DNA of 57,967 nucleotides from a virus (taxonomy: Duplodnaviria > Caudoviricetes), in the IMG/VR virus record IMGVR_UViG_3300030101_003566, positions 1 through 57,967 of that record; one strand, given 5' to 3'. This document shows positions 24,693-34,994 of the stretch, in pieces. A model generated the notes under the pieces. It saw only the letters and a program-made list of their open reading frames with translations, searched no databases and had not been told where the DNA came from. The translations under genes were made by a program, and so were the position numbers. The first letter of the stretch is position 1; each line of letters opens with the position of its first letter.

Positions 24693-25129
24693 TGGCGATA
24701 ACAACTAATGCAATATGTAATTCATTTAAAAAAGAGTTGCTTGAAGGCACACACAATTTCAAATCAAGTGGCGGTAATTCATTTAAATTAGCACTGTATA
24801 CTAGCAGTGCTACTTTAGGTAAATCAACCACATCATTTACAACAGATAATCAAGTATCGGCCACAGGTCAATACGCCTCTGGAGGAAGTGCTTTAACAAA
24901 TGCAGGTACATCATTATCATCTGACACAGCATTGGTTGATTTTGCAGATCTTTCATTTACCGGTGTGACATTAACAGCAAGGGGTGCTTTAATATATAAT
25001 GACACCGCTTCTGGAGATCCAGCAGTGTGTGTTTTAAATTTTGGAGCTGATAAAACAGCTACATCTGGAACTTTTACGATACAGTTTCCTGCCTTTACTT
25101 CTTCAGCAGCTGTCATACGAATAGCATAG
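24692..25129 (+). CDS. Conserved tail structural protein
   Basis: CNSFKKELLEG...FKLALY...ARGALIYN...GTFTIQFP. Confidence 0.75.
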   Translation: MAITTNAICNSFKKELLEGTHNFKSSGGNSFKLALYTSSATLGKSTTSFTTDNQVSATGQYASGGSALTNAGTSLSSDTALVDFADLSFTGVTLTARGALIYNDTASGDPAVCVLNFGADKTATSGTFTIQFPAFTSSAAVIRIA

Positions 25130-25138
25130 AGGTGACAC

Positions 25139-26989
25139 ATGGCGTTAGTTCTCAATGACCGTGTAAAAGAAACTACCACGACCACTGGCACAGGCACAGT
25201 TACATTAGCTGGTGCAGTTCAAGGTTTTGAAACATTTGCAGCAGGTATAGGTAATAACAATACCACTTACTATTGTATTCAGCTTAATACTGAATTTGAA
25301 GTGGGATTGGGGACATTATCAGCAGATAGCTCAACTTTAGCTCGTACCACAATTATATCAAGTTCTAACAGTGATAATGCAGTCAATTTTTCTGCTGGAG
25401 CTAAGTTTGTTTTTTGTACCATGCCTGCTAGTAAAGCCATGGTTTTAGATGCAAGTAATAATTTAACTTTACCAGCAAAACTCATTATGCCAGATGTAAC
25501 ATCAGGTAAAATATTGGTAGGTGATGGTACAAGTTACGAAGAGGTAGCAGTAAGCGGAGATATTGGTTTAGCTTCTAGCGGAGCGATGACCATACAAAGT
25601 GATGCAGTAGAACAGTCTATGATAGCCGATGATGCTGTGGGGGCTGATCAATTAGCTGCCAATGCTGTGGTAACAGCCTCAATTGTTGATGACAATGTAA
25701 CTCAAGCGAAAATCGCAGATGACGCTGTTGGTGCTGATCAATTAGCAGCAAATGCTGTTGTTAATGCAAGTGTAGCTTCAGATGCTGCAATCGCAGATAC
25801 TAAATTAGCCACTATCTCAACAGCCAATAAAGTAGACATAGGAGCATTAGATATAGATGGTGCATCAGATATTGGTGCTGCGTTAGCAGATGCTGATTTA
25901 ATTATTGTAGACGATGGTGCTGGTGGCACAGAGAAAAAATGCGAAGTGTCTAGAATTAAAACTTACATTGCAGATGTGACTTTAACGACAGCGGCACAAA
26001 CTAACATAACATCACTTGGCACATTAACGACTTTAACTGTGGATAACATAATCATTAATGGCACAAATATAGGCCACACCAGTGACACAGACTCAATAGC
26101 AATAGCTTCAGACGGAGTAGTGACTTTTAGTCAAAGAGACGTGCATTCAGGTGGTATTACTATAGCAGATGGCGGACAAATAGGTTCTGCCTCAGATACA
26201 GATGCTATAGCAATAGGATCGGATGGTGATGTGACCTTAACTCAAGATCTAGAATTACAACACGATGGTGCGATCATATCTTTTGGTGCAAATGATGAAA
26301 TTAGCTTAACTCATGTGCACGACACTGGTCTTTTGTTGGAAGATAGTGGTGGCACACCTACTTTACAATTACATGATGCCAATGAAAGCATAGCGTCAGA
26401 TGGCAGTAAAATAATTATGACCTCTGGTGGTACTGCTTTTAATATGCCAACAGCAGATGGTTCAGCTAATCATGTTTTAAAAACCGATGGTAGCGGTACA
26501 TTGTCCTTTGCAGCGACACCTGCTCCAGCATTAGATGATATTGGCGTTGGTGATGCGGCTTCAACTTTGGCAACATCGGCTGGTAACATTACGATTGACG
26601 CTCAAGGTAATGATACTGATATAATTTTTAAAGGCACCGATGGAAGTTCAGACACCACATTTTTAACCATTGATGGGTCGGATGCGGGTAAGTTATTACC
26701 AAATAATGGTATGGATTTAAACGGTAAAGAGCTTATACTGGATGCTGATGCCGACACTTCAATCACTGCGGATACTGACGATCAAATAGACTTTAGAATC
26801 GGCGGTTCGGATGTGATGGAGATGAATCCAACTGCTTTTAGCGGTGGTGCAATTTATGAAAACGCTGATGATATTGCGGCCAACTATTCAATTACAGCTG
26901 GTAAAAATGCCATGAGCGTAGGACCAATAACCATAGCAAGTGGAGTAACAGTAACCGTCCCTAGTGGACAAAGATGGGTGATATTATGA
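25139..26989 (+). CDS. Tail fibre protein
   Basis: DRVKETTTTTGTG N-terminus; internal repeats IADDAVGADQLAANAVV x2 and IGxxSDTDxIAI x2; C-terminal GPITIASGVTVTVPSG. Confidence 0.8.
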   Translation: MALVLNDRVKETTTTTGTGTVTLAGAVQGFETFAAGIGNNNTTYYCIQLNTEFEVGLGTLSADSSTLARTTIISSSNSDNAVNFSAGAKFVFCTMPASKAMVLDASNNLTLPAKLIMPDVTSGKILVGDGTSYEEVAVSGDIGLASSGAMTIQSDAVEQSMIADDAVGADQLAANAVVTASIVDDNVTQAKIADDAVGADQLAANAVVNASVASDAAIADTKLATISTANKVDIGALDIDGASDIGAALADADLIIVDDGAGGTEKKCEVSRIKTYIADVTLTTAAQTNITSLGTLTTLTVDNIIINGTNIGHTSDTDSIAIASDGVVTFSQRDVHSGGITIADGGQIGSASDTDAIAIGSDGDVTLTQDLELQHDGAIISFGANDEISLTHVHDTGLLLEDSGGTPTLQLHDANESIASDGSKIIMTSGGTAFNMPTADGSANHVLKTDGSGTLSFAATPAPALDDIGVGDAASTLATSAGNITIDAQGNDTDIIFKGTDGSSDTTFLTIDGSDAGKLLPNNGMDLNGKELILDADADTSITADTDDQIDFRIGGSDVMEMNPTAFSGGAIYENADDIAANYSITAGKNAMSVGPITIASGVTVTVPSGQRWVIL

Positions 26990-27681
26990 CATGTAAAATT
27001 AATGCAGATACAAGTAGTGGACTGCAATTAGAATCAGATACAAGTGGGTCTATAGATATACAATCAGGGGGTAATACTGATATATCTTTTTCTGCAAACG
27101 CTTTAAATATTAAATCTGGCACCACTTTAACTATTGATTCAGGTGCAACGATTACTAATAGTGGTACAGCAAATGGATTTTTAGGTAAAGTAAAACAAAT
27201 AGTAAATGCTTCAGACAATACTTTATATTCTATTAGTATAACTAATTCAACATCAGACCATGCTGGAAGTATTGCTTATAGTATTACTCCGTCATCTACT
27301 GACCATAAAATAAAAATAGATTTTTTCATACCTCAAATAAGACATGCAAATGGTACTGCTGGATTACGAATGAGATTATATAGACAAATAAACGGTGGTG
27401 GATATTCTCATGTAACAGGTTTATCTGGTGTAGCTTCAAGTAATCGTCTTGCATCTCTGGCAGGTAATTATGATAGGAATGGTGATGGAAATAGGTCAAC
27501 AGTGGCTTTAGGTGGAACAGTAGTAGATAGTCCTAGCACAACTTCACAAGTAGATTATAAATTTTATTTTGGTTCTGGTGATGGTGCTACAACTATATTT
27601 GTTAATAGAACTGAAAATGATGCTGATTTTAATTATACCTCAAGAACACGAACACATGTTTGTTTAACGGAGATAGAATAA
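26986..27681 (+). CDS. Tail fibre / receptor-binding subunit
   Basis: ATGA-coupled start; GKVKQIV...ITPSSTDHKI...DSPSTTSQVDYK. Confidence 0.7.
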   Translation: MTCKINADTSSGLQLESDTSGSIDIQSGGNTDISFSANALNIKSGTTLTIDSGATITNSGTANGFLGKVKQIVNASDNTLYSISITNSTSDHAGSIAYSITPSSTDHKIKIDFFIPQIRHANGTAGLRMRLYRQINGGGYSHVTGLSGVASSNRLASLAGNYDRNGDGNRSTVALGGTVVDSPSTTSQVDYKFYFGSGDGATTIFVNRTENDADFNYTSRTRTHVCLTEIE

Positions 27682-27989
27682 TGACAGTTAACGTAGAACC
27701 AGGAAAGTGTATATTGTCAGCCATACTAGCCATAGATGCTAATGCAGTATGCACTGTAAAAAACGAAGATATTGATGACATTGAGTGGACAACTACTCCC
27801 ATAGCTAAAGATGATATTTTAGCAAAAGTAACAGAATTAGAGACTGCTTATAATAATCTTGAGTACGCAAGGAAACGTAAAGCTGAATATCCAGCTATGG
27901 AAGAACAGCTAGATAAAATTTATAATGATGGTATTGATGCTTGGAAAGCAGATATCAAAGCAATCAAAGACAAATATCCAAAAGGGTAG
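27681..27989 (+). CDS. Putative tail fibre assembly chaperone
   Basis: YARKRKAEYPAMEEQLD...IKAIKDKYPK. Confidence 0.7.
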   Translation: MTVNVEPGKCILSAILAIDANAVCTVKNEDIDDIEWTTTPIAKDDILAKVTELETAYNNLEYARKRKAEYPAMEEQLDKIYNDGIDAWKADIKAIKDKYPKG

Positions 27990-27992
27990 ATT

Positions 27993-29081
27993 ATGGCACT
28001 AACATTACATGGCACAGTATCGGATAACACAGTAGTCTTAGATAGAAGAACTGCTAAACCGTTAATAATTAATGGTGATATGGCAGTAGCTCAAAGAGGA
28101 ACATCAGTTACAGGAATTACAGGTAATAGTTATAATGCTATTGATAGAATGAAAACTTTGCTGGGTGATAATGGTACTTGGACACATACACAAGATACAG
28201 ATGTTCCAACAGGACAAGGCTTTGCTAATTCTTGGGAATTAGATTGCACTACAGCAGATACTTCTGTTGCATCTGGTGCTTTTCATACAGCATCTTATTT
28301 TTTTGAAGGACAAGACTTACAGTTACTTAAAAAAGGAACATCAAGTGCTGAAAAAGTAACTATATCTTTTTGGATTAAAACAACAGTAACAGGAACATAT
28401 ATTGCTGAATTATTTGATGTTGATAACTCAAGACAAATATCTCAAGCCTACACAGTAACTGATTCTAATACTTGGGAAAAGAAAGTATTAAGTTTTGCTG
28501 GAGATACCACAGGAGCATTAGATGATGATAATGCTAACAGTTTTATTTTAAATTTATGGCTTGGTGCTGGTAGTGATTTTTCAGGTGGTACATTAAGCAC
28601 AACATGGACAAGTTCAACCAATGCAAACAGAGCAGTAGGTCAAGTCAATGGTGCAAGTAGCACAAGCAATAATATTTATATTACAGGATTACAAATGGAA
28701 GTAGGCGACTTTGATGCAAACAGCATAGCTCCCTTTCAACATGAATCGTATGGTGATAACTTAGCAAGTTGTGAAAGGTATTTTCAAAAATCTTATCCGC
28801 AAGGTACTCCAGTAGGTAATGCGGCAAATACAGGTAGATACTATTTTGTTTTAGGTGCTGATTCAGGTACAAGAAACAAAGGTAAAGCTGTTGCTTTAAG
28901 TCCTTCTATGAGAGCAGCACCGACTGTTACATTTTATAATGATTCAGGCACATCAGGAACTTTACAATCACCTGCAGCAAATGGCATAACTTTATTAAAC
29001 TCAACTTGCCATTTTAATATGTATGTAAACACAGGCGACCCTGAAGTATATGGGCATTGGACAGCAGAAGCGGAGTTATAA
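27993..29081 (+). CDS. Tail fibre with carbohydrate-binding-like domain
   Basis: LIINGDMAVAQRGTS...ITGLQMEVG...CERYFQ. Confidence 0.75.
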   Translation: MALTLHGTVSDNTVVLDRRTAKPLIINGDMAVAQRGTSVTGITGNSYNAIDRMKTLLGDNGTWTHTQDTDVPTGQGFANSWELDCTTADTSVASGAFHTASYFFEGQDLQLLKKGTSSAEKVTISFWIKTTVTGTYIAELFDVDNSRQISQAYTVTDSNTWEKKVLSFAGDTTGALDDDNANSFILNLWLGAGSDFSGGTLSTTWTSSTNANRAVGQVNGASSTSNNIYITGLQMEVGDFDANSIAPFQHESYGDNLASCERYFQKSYPQGTPVGNAANTGRYYFVLGADSGTRNKGKAVALSPSMRAAPTVTFYNDSGTSGTLQSPAANGITLLNSTCHFNMYVNTGDPEVYGHWTAEAEL

Positions 29082-29258
29082 ATGGATAAAGATAATATTG
29101 TTTCAGTAAAAAAAATGGAATATAAGGAAGAAGTTGTTGGTTATGTTATGGTTAAAAATGGTATTACTTCCAATGTTCCAATAGCTACAGATAATACAGA
29201 CTACCAAGCAATTCAATCATGGGTAGCAGACGGCAACACCATAGCGGAGGCAGACTAA
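29082..29258 (+). CDS. Small putative fibre chaperone (58 aa, not in ORF track)
   Basis: VPIATDNTDYQAIQSWVADGNTIAEAD; GGAG SD. Confidence 0.75.
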   Translation: MDKDNIVSVKKMEYKEEVVGYVMVKNGITSNVPIATDNTDYQAIQSWVADGNTIAEAD

Positions 29259-29821
29259 TGCCATTAGTAATCAAAGGAAGTAGTTCAGGACAAGTAACCG
29301 TTGATGTACCAGCAGCTGCAGGTACTAATACTTTAACTGTTCCAGCAGAAACAGGAACGGTGGTTACAAAAGATTCAAACGGCATTATGGTGAATGCAAC
29401 ACAACCAGCATTTAGTGTTTTGCCTTCATCTGCTCAAGACAACTGTACAGGTAATGGCACAGAGGTAACAGTTGCATTTGGTACAGAAATTTTTGATAAA
29501 AATGCAGACTTTGCTTCTAACACATTTACAGCACCTGTAACTGGCTCATATTTTTTAACTGCTTCTGTTTCAATACATGACCATACAACAAGCAATACGA
29601 CAGGGCGTATGCACATTGCAACCAGTAATAGAGGTTATATGTATGAGTTTGACCCAGCAGAAAATATATCAGGGGCAGGTGTGGGTTCATTTTCTATAAC
29701 AGTTCTTGCAGATATGGATGCAGGTGATACTGCAACTGTTCTTTTAAATATTTTTGACAGTTCTTTAACTGTAGATATACAAGCAAGTGGTACATTTTTT
29801 CAAGGACATTTAGTAGGATAA
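29258..29821 (+). CDS. C1q-like domain fibre protein
   Basis: TAATG-coupled start; QPAFSV...FGTEIFD...FTAPVTGSYFL...FFQGHLVG. Confidence 0.75.
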   Translation: MPLVIKGSSSGQVTVDVPAAAGTNTLTVPAETGTVVTKDSNGIMVNATQPAFSVLPSSAQDNCTGNGTEVTVAFGTEIFDKNADFASNTFTAPVTGSYFLTASVSIHDHTTSNTTGRMHIATSNRGYMYEFDPAENISGAGVGSFSITVLADMDAGDTATVLLNIFDSSLTVDIQASGTFFQGHLVG

Positions 29822-29825
29822 TATT

Positions 29826-30089
29826 ATGGCAATATCATTATCAAGTAGACAACAATTAGTATTAAGACACATAGTTATAGATGCAGAGGGCTGGGTGCAA
29901 CATGTTGAAACTAAGTTTGGAACAGAGATTGCAACCACCATGTTACAGCAAAAAGTAGCAAGACATGAAGCTGACTATGATGCTAAAGTTGCAGCAGGTA
30001 GTTACAAAGATAGATTAGATAGAGAGATAGACGCAGAAAATATCAGTAGCGAGAAAACTAAACTACAAGCAATAAAAGATGCGAGGTAA
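29826..30089 (+). CDS. Small helical protein, possible fibre chaperone
   Basis: 87 aa following the C1q protein. Confidence 0.6.
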   Translation: MAISLSSRQQLVLRHIVIDAEGWVQHVETKFGTEIATTMLQQKVARHEADYDAKVAAGSYKDRLDREIDAENISSEKTKLQAIKDAR

Positions 30090-30092
30090 TTA

Positions 30093-30485
30093 ATGTATTT
30101 TGGTGCAACCACATTTGCTGAAGATTGTTTTGGAGCACAAGGTGTACCTAATACCATAGTAGAAGTTTCAGGTATTGCTCTAGCGATGAACGCTGGAAGC
30201 TCTTCACAAGCTGGAGATGCTAATGTAAGCGTAACTGGCAGTGCACTTACATCAGCAGTATCTAGTTTTACTGTCATTAAAGCTGATGCTAATGTAAGCG
30301 TAACTGGATCAACTGTAACAATATCTGTCGGTATCGCAAACGGTATCGCTTGGGGAACTGTTGATACAGGCACGGCACAGACATATTCAGCCGTAAGCAC
30401 GGGAACTTCGCAAACATGGACTGATGTCAGCACTGGCACCAGTCAGACATGGGAAAAAGTTGATGAGGTTGAAAAGGTAGCGTAA
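30093..30485 (+). CDS. Repetitive tail protein
   Basis: DANVSVTGS x2; TGTxQTW/Y x3. Confidence 0.7.
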   Translation: MYFGATTFAEDCFGAQGVPNTIVEVSGIALAMNAGSSSQAGDANVSVTGSALTSAVSSFTVIKADANVSVTGSTVTISVGIANGIAWGTVDTGTAQTYSAVSTGTSQTWTDVSTGTSQTWEKVDEVEKVA

Positions 30486-30518
30486 CTGCTTATATAATTA
30501 AACAAACAGGACAAAATT

Positions 30519-31220
30519 ATGGCTTCAACATTTTCAGACGATATAAAACTAGAAAAAATGGCAACGGGAGAAAACTCTGGAACGTGGGGTGATAAAACCA
30601 ATGCGAATTTAGAATTAGTTGAACAGGCCATTGCTGGTTATCAAGAAATAGATGTTGCATCTTCAGATGTAACTTTAGTCATGTCAAATGCGGCAATATC
30701 AAATGCAAGAAACATGTCTTTAAAATTCACTGGCACTTTAGCGGCAAATAGAACTGTAAACATGCCTGCTAGTATAGAAAAACTTTTTAACGTAATAGAT
30801 GGCACAGATCACGCTGGATTTACTTTAACTTTTAAAGTAACCAGTCAAACTGGATTTTTATTATGTGAGGGCAATCATTACATCTGTCATTCTAATGGCA
30901 CGGATCTTGTAAAAGACCAAGAGACTAAATTTTGGAGAACAGTGTCCGCAGCAGAAACAGTTCAACCTGGTGCACAGCTTTTAGTAAATACATCGTCTAG
31001 TGCGGTAACAATCACATTGCCAGCTTCACCGGCAGCTGGTGATGAAGTAACTTTTCTAGATGCACGATATACATTTGATACCAATAATTTAACGGTGGGG
31101 CGTAACAGCTCTAATATTGTAAACGCAGCTGCAGATCTTACAGTGGCAACTGAGGGTGCTGGTTTTACCTTAGTTTTTTCTGGGGATGCAACAGTTGGAT
31201 GGACATTTAAGGATAAATAA
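30519..31220 (+). CDS. Tail protein
   Basis: ATGENSGTWGDKTNANL; VTITLPASPAAGDEV. Confidence 0.75.
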   Translation: MASTFSDDIKLEKMATGENSGTWGDKTNANLELVEQAIAGYQEIDVASSDVTLVMSNAAISNARNMSLKFTGTLAANRTVNMPASIEKLFNVIDGTDHAGFTLTFKVTSQTGFLLCEGNHYICHSNGTDLVKDQETKFWRTVSAAETVQPGAQLLVNTSSSAVTITLPASPAAGDEVTFLDARYTFDTNNLTVGRNSSNIVNAAADLTVATEGAGFTLVFSGDATVGWTFKDK

Positions 31221-31837
31221 TGGCAACTTACGAAGCAACAAAATATAATTTTACTAGTAATAATTTAGCTGGTTCGCTCGGTAATCAAACAGTGGCAACT
31301 GGCACTATTGTACCTTGGACTATATCCTCCGCACCAACAGGATATTTAGAATGTGATGGTAGTGCAGTATCTAGGTCTACTTACTCAGCTTTGTTTGCAC
31401 TTATTGGAACGACATATGGGGCTGGAGATGGTTCTAGCACATTTACATTACCAGATTTAAAAGACCGAGTTCTTTATGGTAAATCATCATCGGTTTCGTT
31501 AGCTGCTACAGGTGGTTCAGCTACGGTCAGTCCAGAGGGTACAAATGCGGGAACAACTCTTACAGCAGCACAAATGCCTAAACATTTTCATTTAATGCTT
31601 GGACCAAACAGCGTTACATCTCCTCAAGGTAGTGGTAATTCTGTAGGAATATATGGAGGCGGTACTCCAGATGATAGTACTCAAGCTTATGGTACTTTTT
31701 CTACAGGTGGAACTGCAGCTTCTGGTGCACAAGCTACTGGAACTTCGGATGGACAAACACATACGCACACTTTTAGCGGTAGTTCTCAGTCTACGTTACA
31801 GCCTTTTTTATGTTTAAAATTTATGATTAAAACATAG
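31220..31837 (+). CDS. Tail collar domain protein
   Basis: GTIVPW...PTGYLECDGSAVSRSTYSALFALIGTTYGAGDGSSTFTLPDL. Confidence 0.9.
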   Translation: MATYEATKYNFTSNNLAGSLGNQTVATGTIVPWTISSAPTGYLECDGSAVSRSTYSALFALIGTTYGAGDGSSTFTLPDLKDRVLYGKSSSVSLAATGGSATVSPEGTNAGTTLTAAQMPKHFHLMLGPNSVTSPQGSGNSVGIYGGGTPDDSTQAYGTFSTGGTAASGAQATGTSDGQTHTHTFSGSSQSTLQPFLCLKFMIKT

Positions 31838-31845
31838 GAGACTTT

Positions 31846-34011
31846 ATGCCACTTATTAAAGTTCCTTTTCAGCCAGGTTTCAATAAACAAATCTCAGAGT
31901 CTATTGCGGAAAGCACTTGGGTTGATGGTGACTTTGTAAGATTTCGTTATGGCGAACCAGAAAAAATTGGTGGATGGAAAAAAACTTCTGGTGATACCAT
32001 CGTTGGTGTGACTCGTGACATACACAATTGGTCAGATTTAGATGGCAACCGTTATCTTGCTGTTGCTTCCCATAGATTGTTAGCAATATATTATGGAGGT
32101 GTCTTTCATGATATCACACCATTAGACACAGCTTTAACATCATGCACTTTAACCACGACCAATAACTCAGCCACGTTGACTGTAAATAAAGTTGCTCATC
32201 AATTATTGGCTGGTGACTTGTTTACTTTTAGTGGCATGACTATTCCAGGCAGTGGCACTGGTTTTGTGGCAGCTGATTTTACCACGAACACGTTTGAAGT
32301 TGCGACAAGCACACAAGATACTTTCACAGTGACTATGGGTAAGGTTGAATCAGGTTCTGGATTGACCGCTGGTGGAGCAGCAACAGTAAATCCCTACGTA
32401 AAAGTTGGTCCAGTAGTTGCCACACCTGCTTTTGGTTGGGGTGTAGCTCAATGGGGTGGGGAAACACAATCTGTTGTGACAAACGATTTAGATGGTGCAT
32501 TAGGTGATAATACGGCAGGTACGGGCGGTTCTGGCACAAGTGTGACACTAACATCTACTTCTGGTTTTAGTTCGTCTGGACACATTTTAGTCGGCTCAGA
32601 ACTAATTACTTACACAGGTATTTCTAGTAATGATTTAACAGGTATTACTAGAGGTGCTTTAGGTTCAACTCGTGCAGCACATAGCGATGCTGCTGTAGTT
32701 ACCGATGCTACAAACTTTGTTGCATGGAATGAGAGAGCCTCTGCAACCGATGTTACATTAGAACCTGCCAATTGGGCTTTAGATAATTTTGGAACAATAT
32801 TAATTGCAACCATAAAAAATGGTAAATCTTTTGAGTGGAGTCCAAGTAGTGGTCTGACCACAAGAGCGACAGCCATAAGCAACAACCCAACCGCTAGTGT
32901 AATGACATTAGTTTCTGGTCGTGATCGACACTTAATACATTTTGGCACAGAAACAACCATTGGCACAAAATCCACACAAGATCGAATGTTTATACGATTT
33001 AGTGATCAAGAAGATAGAACTGATTATACCCCAGTATCTACTAACACAGCTGGTACTTTTCGTCTTGACTCTGGCACAAAAATAGAAGGGGCAGTGCGAG
33101 GTAAAGATTATATTTTAATTTTAACCGATGTATCTGCTTACATCATGCAGTTTGTGGGGCCACCTTTTACATTTAGTATTCAACAAGTGGGATCAAACTG
33201 TGGTCTTATAGGTCAACACGCCATAGTGCATGTTGATGGTATTGTGTATTGGATGGGACAAGGTGGAGGTTTTTATGCCTATGATGGTACTGTTAAACGC
33301 ATACCATGCAGTGTAGAGGACTTTGTATTTTCAAATGTAAACCCTGATGATTTAGGATTAAACTTTGATGCTGGTGAAATAATATATTGTAATTACAATT
33401 CATTGTTCACTGAAATAAATTGGTTTTATGCAAAAGCGGAATCAACGCAAATAGATCGCTGTGTTACATACAATTATAGAGAAAATGTTTGGACTACCAG
33501 TAGTTTGGCAAGGTCAGCTTATCTTGATAAAACCCTTTTTGAAAAACCATTAGCATCTGAATTTACTGCTACTGGCACACCAACTTTTCCAACCATACAA
33601 GGTGTAAGTAACACCAACGGTGCATCTCAAGTTTATGAGCATGAAGTAGGAGTAAACCAAGCAGATGAAAACGGTAACGCTTTTGCCAGTATAGATGCAT
33701 TTATTGAGTCTGGCGATTTTGCTTTTGTCGATGGTGGACAAGGTGAGTTTCTTATGAAGATTAAAAGATTCATACCAGATTTTAAAGTTATCAGTGGTAA
33801 TGCAACAGTCACCTTAAAAATTAAAAGTTTTCCTAGTGAAACTAAAGCCAGTTCATTACTTGGCCCGTTTACGGTTACATCAGCAACTACTAAGATTGAT
33901 ACTCGTACACGAGGTCGATTAGTGGCACTGAGAATAGAAAACACCACAACCGATGAGAATTGGAGATTTGGTTCTTTTAGAGCAGACGTACAACCAGACG
34001 GAAGAAGATAA
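31846..34011 (+). CDS. Tail hub/nozzle protein (P22 gp10 / tubular B-like)
   Basis: 721 aa beta-rich; VRFRYGEPEKIGGW, IRFSDQED, C-terminal QPDGRR. Confidence 0.7.
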   Translation: MPLIKVPFQPGFNKQISESIAESTWVDGDFVRFRYGEPEKIGGWKKTSGDTIVGVTRDIHNWSDLDGNRYLAVASHRLLAIYYGGVFHDITPLDTALTSCTLTTTNNSATLTVNKVAHQLLAGDLFTFSGMTIPGSGTGFVAADFTTNTFEVATSTQDTFTVTMGKVESGSGLTAGGAATVNPYVKVGPVVATPAFGWGVAQWGGETQSVVTNDLDGALGDNTAGTGGSGTSVTLTSTSGFSSSGHILVGSELITYTGISSNDLTGITRGALGSTRAAHSDAAVVTDATNFVAWNERASATDVTLEPANWALDNFGTILIATIKNGKSFEWSPSSGLTTRATAISNNPTASVMTLVSGRDRHLIHFGTETTIGTKSTQDRMFIRFSDQEDRTDYTPVSTNTAGTFRLDSGTKIEGAVRGKDYILILTDVSAYIMQFVGPPFTFSIQQVGSNCGLIGQHAIVHVDGIVYWMGQGGGFYAYDGTVKRIPCSVEDFVFSNVNPDDLGLNFDAGEIIYCNYNSLFTEINWFYAKAESTQIDRCVTYNYRENVWTTSSLARSAYLDKTLFEKPLASEFTATGTPTFPTIQGVSNTNGASQVYEHEVGVNQADENGNAFASIDAFIESGDFAFVDGGQGEFLMKIKRFIPDFKVISGNATVTLKIKSFPSETKASSLLGPFTVTSATTKIDTRTRGRLVALRIENTTTDENWRFGSFRADVQPDGRR

Positions 34012-34298
34012 TGGCAGATCCAAAAAAAGGCACAGGTAAAAAACCGAAAGATAGTGATCGTAGACTATACACAGACGAGAACCCAAAGGATACTGTTAAG
34101 ATAAAGTTTGCAACACCTGCTGATGCACGAGCTACTGTTGCTAAAGTAAAAAAAATTAAAAAGCCTTATGCTCGTAAGATACAAATTTTGACAGTCATGG
34201 AGCAACGAGCTAAAGTTATGGGTAAAACGCAAGTAGTGGCTATTGCCAAAAAAGGTAAAGAGGCTATTCGTAAACAAAAGGGTACAAAACGTGGCTAG
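34011..34298 (+). CDS. Small basic protein
   Basis: DPKKGTGKKPK...RRLYTDENPKDTV. Confidence 0.75.
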   Translation: MADPKKGTGKKPKDSDRRLYTDENPKDTVKIKFATPADARATVAKVKKIKKPYARKIQILTVMEQRAKVMGKTQVVAIAKKGKEAIRKQKGTKRG

Positions 34299-34455
34299 AG
34301 TTATTGTTACAATTCCAGAACCAAAACAAGAATACGATGTTAGTAATCAAAGACAAATACTTGAAGCATTAGATACCTTAAAAAATCAACTTAATTTTTC
34401 TTTTCAAACTGATCTAAAAAATGAACAAGACGCTTTTAACTGGTTTATATCATGA
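34291..34455 (+). CDS. Small virion protein (GTG start inferred)
   Basis: MARVIVTIPEPKQEYDVSNQRQI. Confidence 0.6.
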   Translation: MARVIVTIPEPKQEYDVSNQRQILEALDTLKNQLNFSFQTDLKNEQDAFNWFIS

Positions 34456-34793
34456 CCATACAATACAAAAATCAAGGTTTTACTTTAGCCAACACTGATG
34501 AAACATCTGTTTTAACTGCACCAACAGACGCACGTTTACTTATAAAACAAATACAAGCAGTCAACATACACAGCAGTGCAGTCACTTTGACCACTAAATT
34601 AACAGATACTTCTGCATCAGCTACACACGTCATTGGTAATCAAGACATTGCCGCAACCAGCACCACGGACATAATCACCAACACACTGGTCTTAGAAGAA
34701 GGTGATATACTTAAAATGACCGCAGAAACAGCCGCTAAACTATCAGGTGTTATTTCATATGCTCAATTAGACAGATCGCAAGAAAATGGTTAA
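34452..34793 (+). CDS. Virion structural protein
   Basis: YKNQGF...LVLEEGDILK. Confidence 0.7.
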   Translation: MTIQYKNQGFTLANTDETSVLTAPTDARLLIKQIQAVNIHSSAVTLTTKLTDTSASATHVIGNQDIAATSTTDIITNTLVLEEGDILKMTAETAAKLSGVISYAQLDRSQENG

Positions 34794-34802
34794 AATGTCG
34801 CC

Positions 34803-34994
34803 ATGACTATTACAATAGACTGCGAATCTACAGTAAAGATTACAAATAAAAAGTCTGGTCTTGAGTACGAATCTGAGGAACAAGCTCAAGAGGATATTAA
34901 CGATCCAAGCACTTCTACCAAAGAAGATGACATACAGCGGGATGTCACTATCATAGTTCCTAAGCTTGACTTATTTGGGGAGACGAATGAGTGA
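34803..34994 (+). CDS. Hypothetical protein
   Basis: 63 aa; NKKSGLEYESEEQA. Confidence 0.7.
   Translation: MTITIDCESTVKITNKKSGLEYESEEQAQEDINDPSTSTKEDDIQRDVTIIVPKLDLFGETNE

Noticed and set aside
25621-30310. Repeats in fibre genes as a diversity-generating retroelement TR/VR pair
   Set aside because: No reverse transcriptase; the repeats are short in-frame structural repeats without adenine-specific differences
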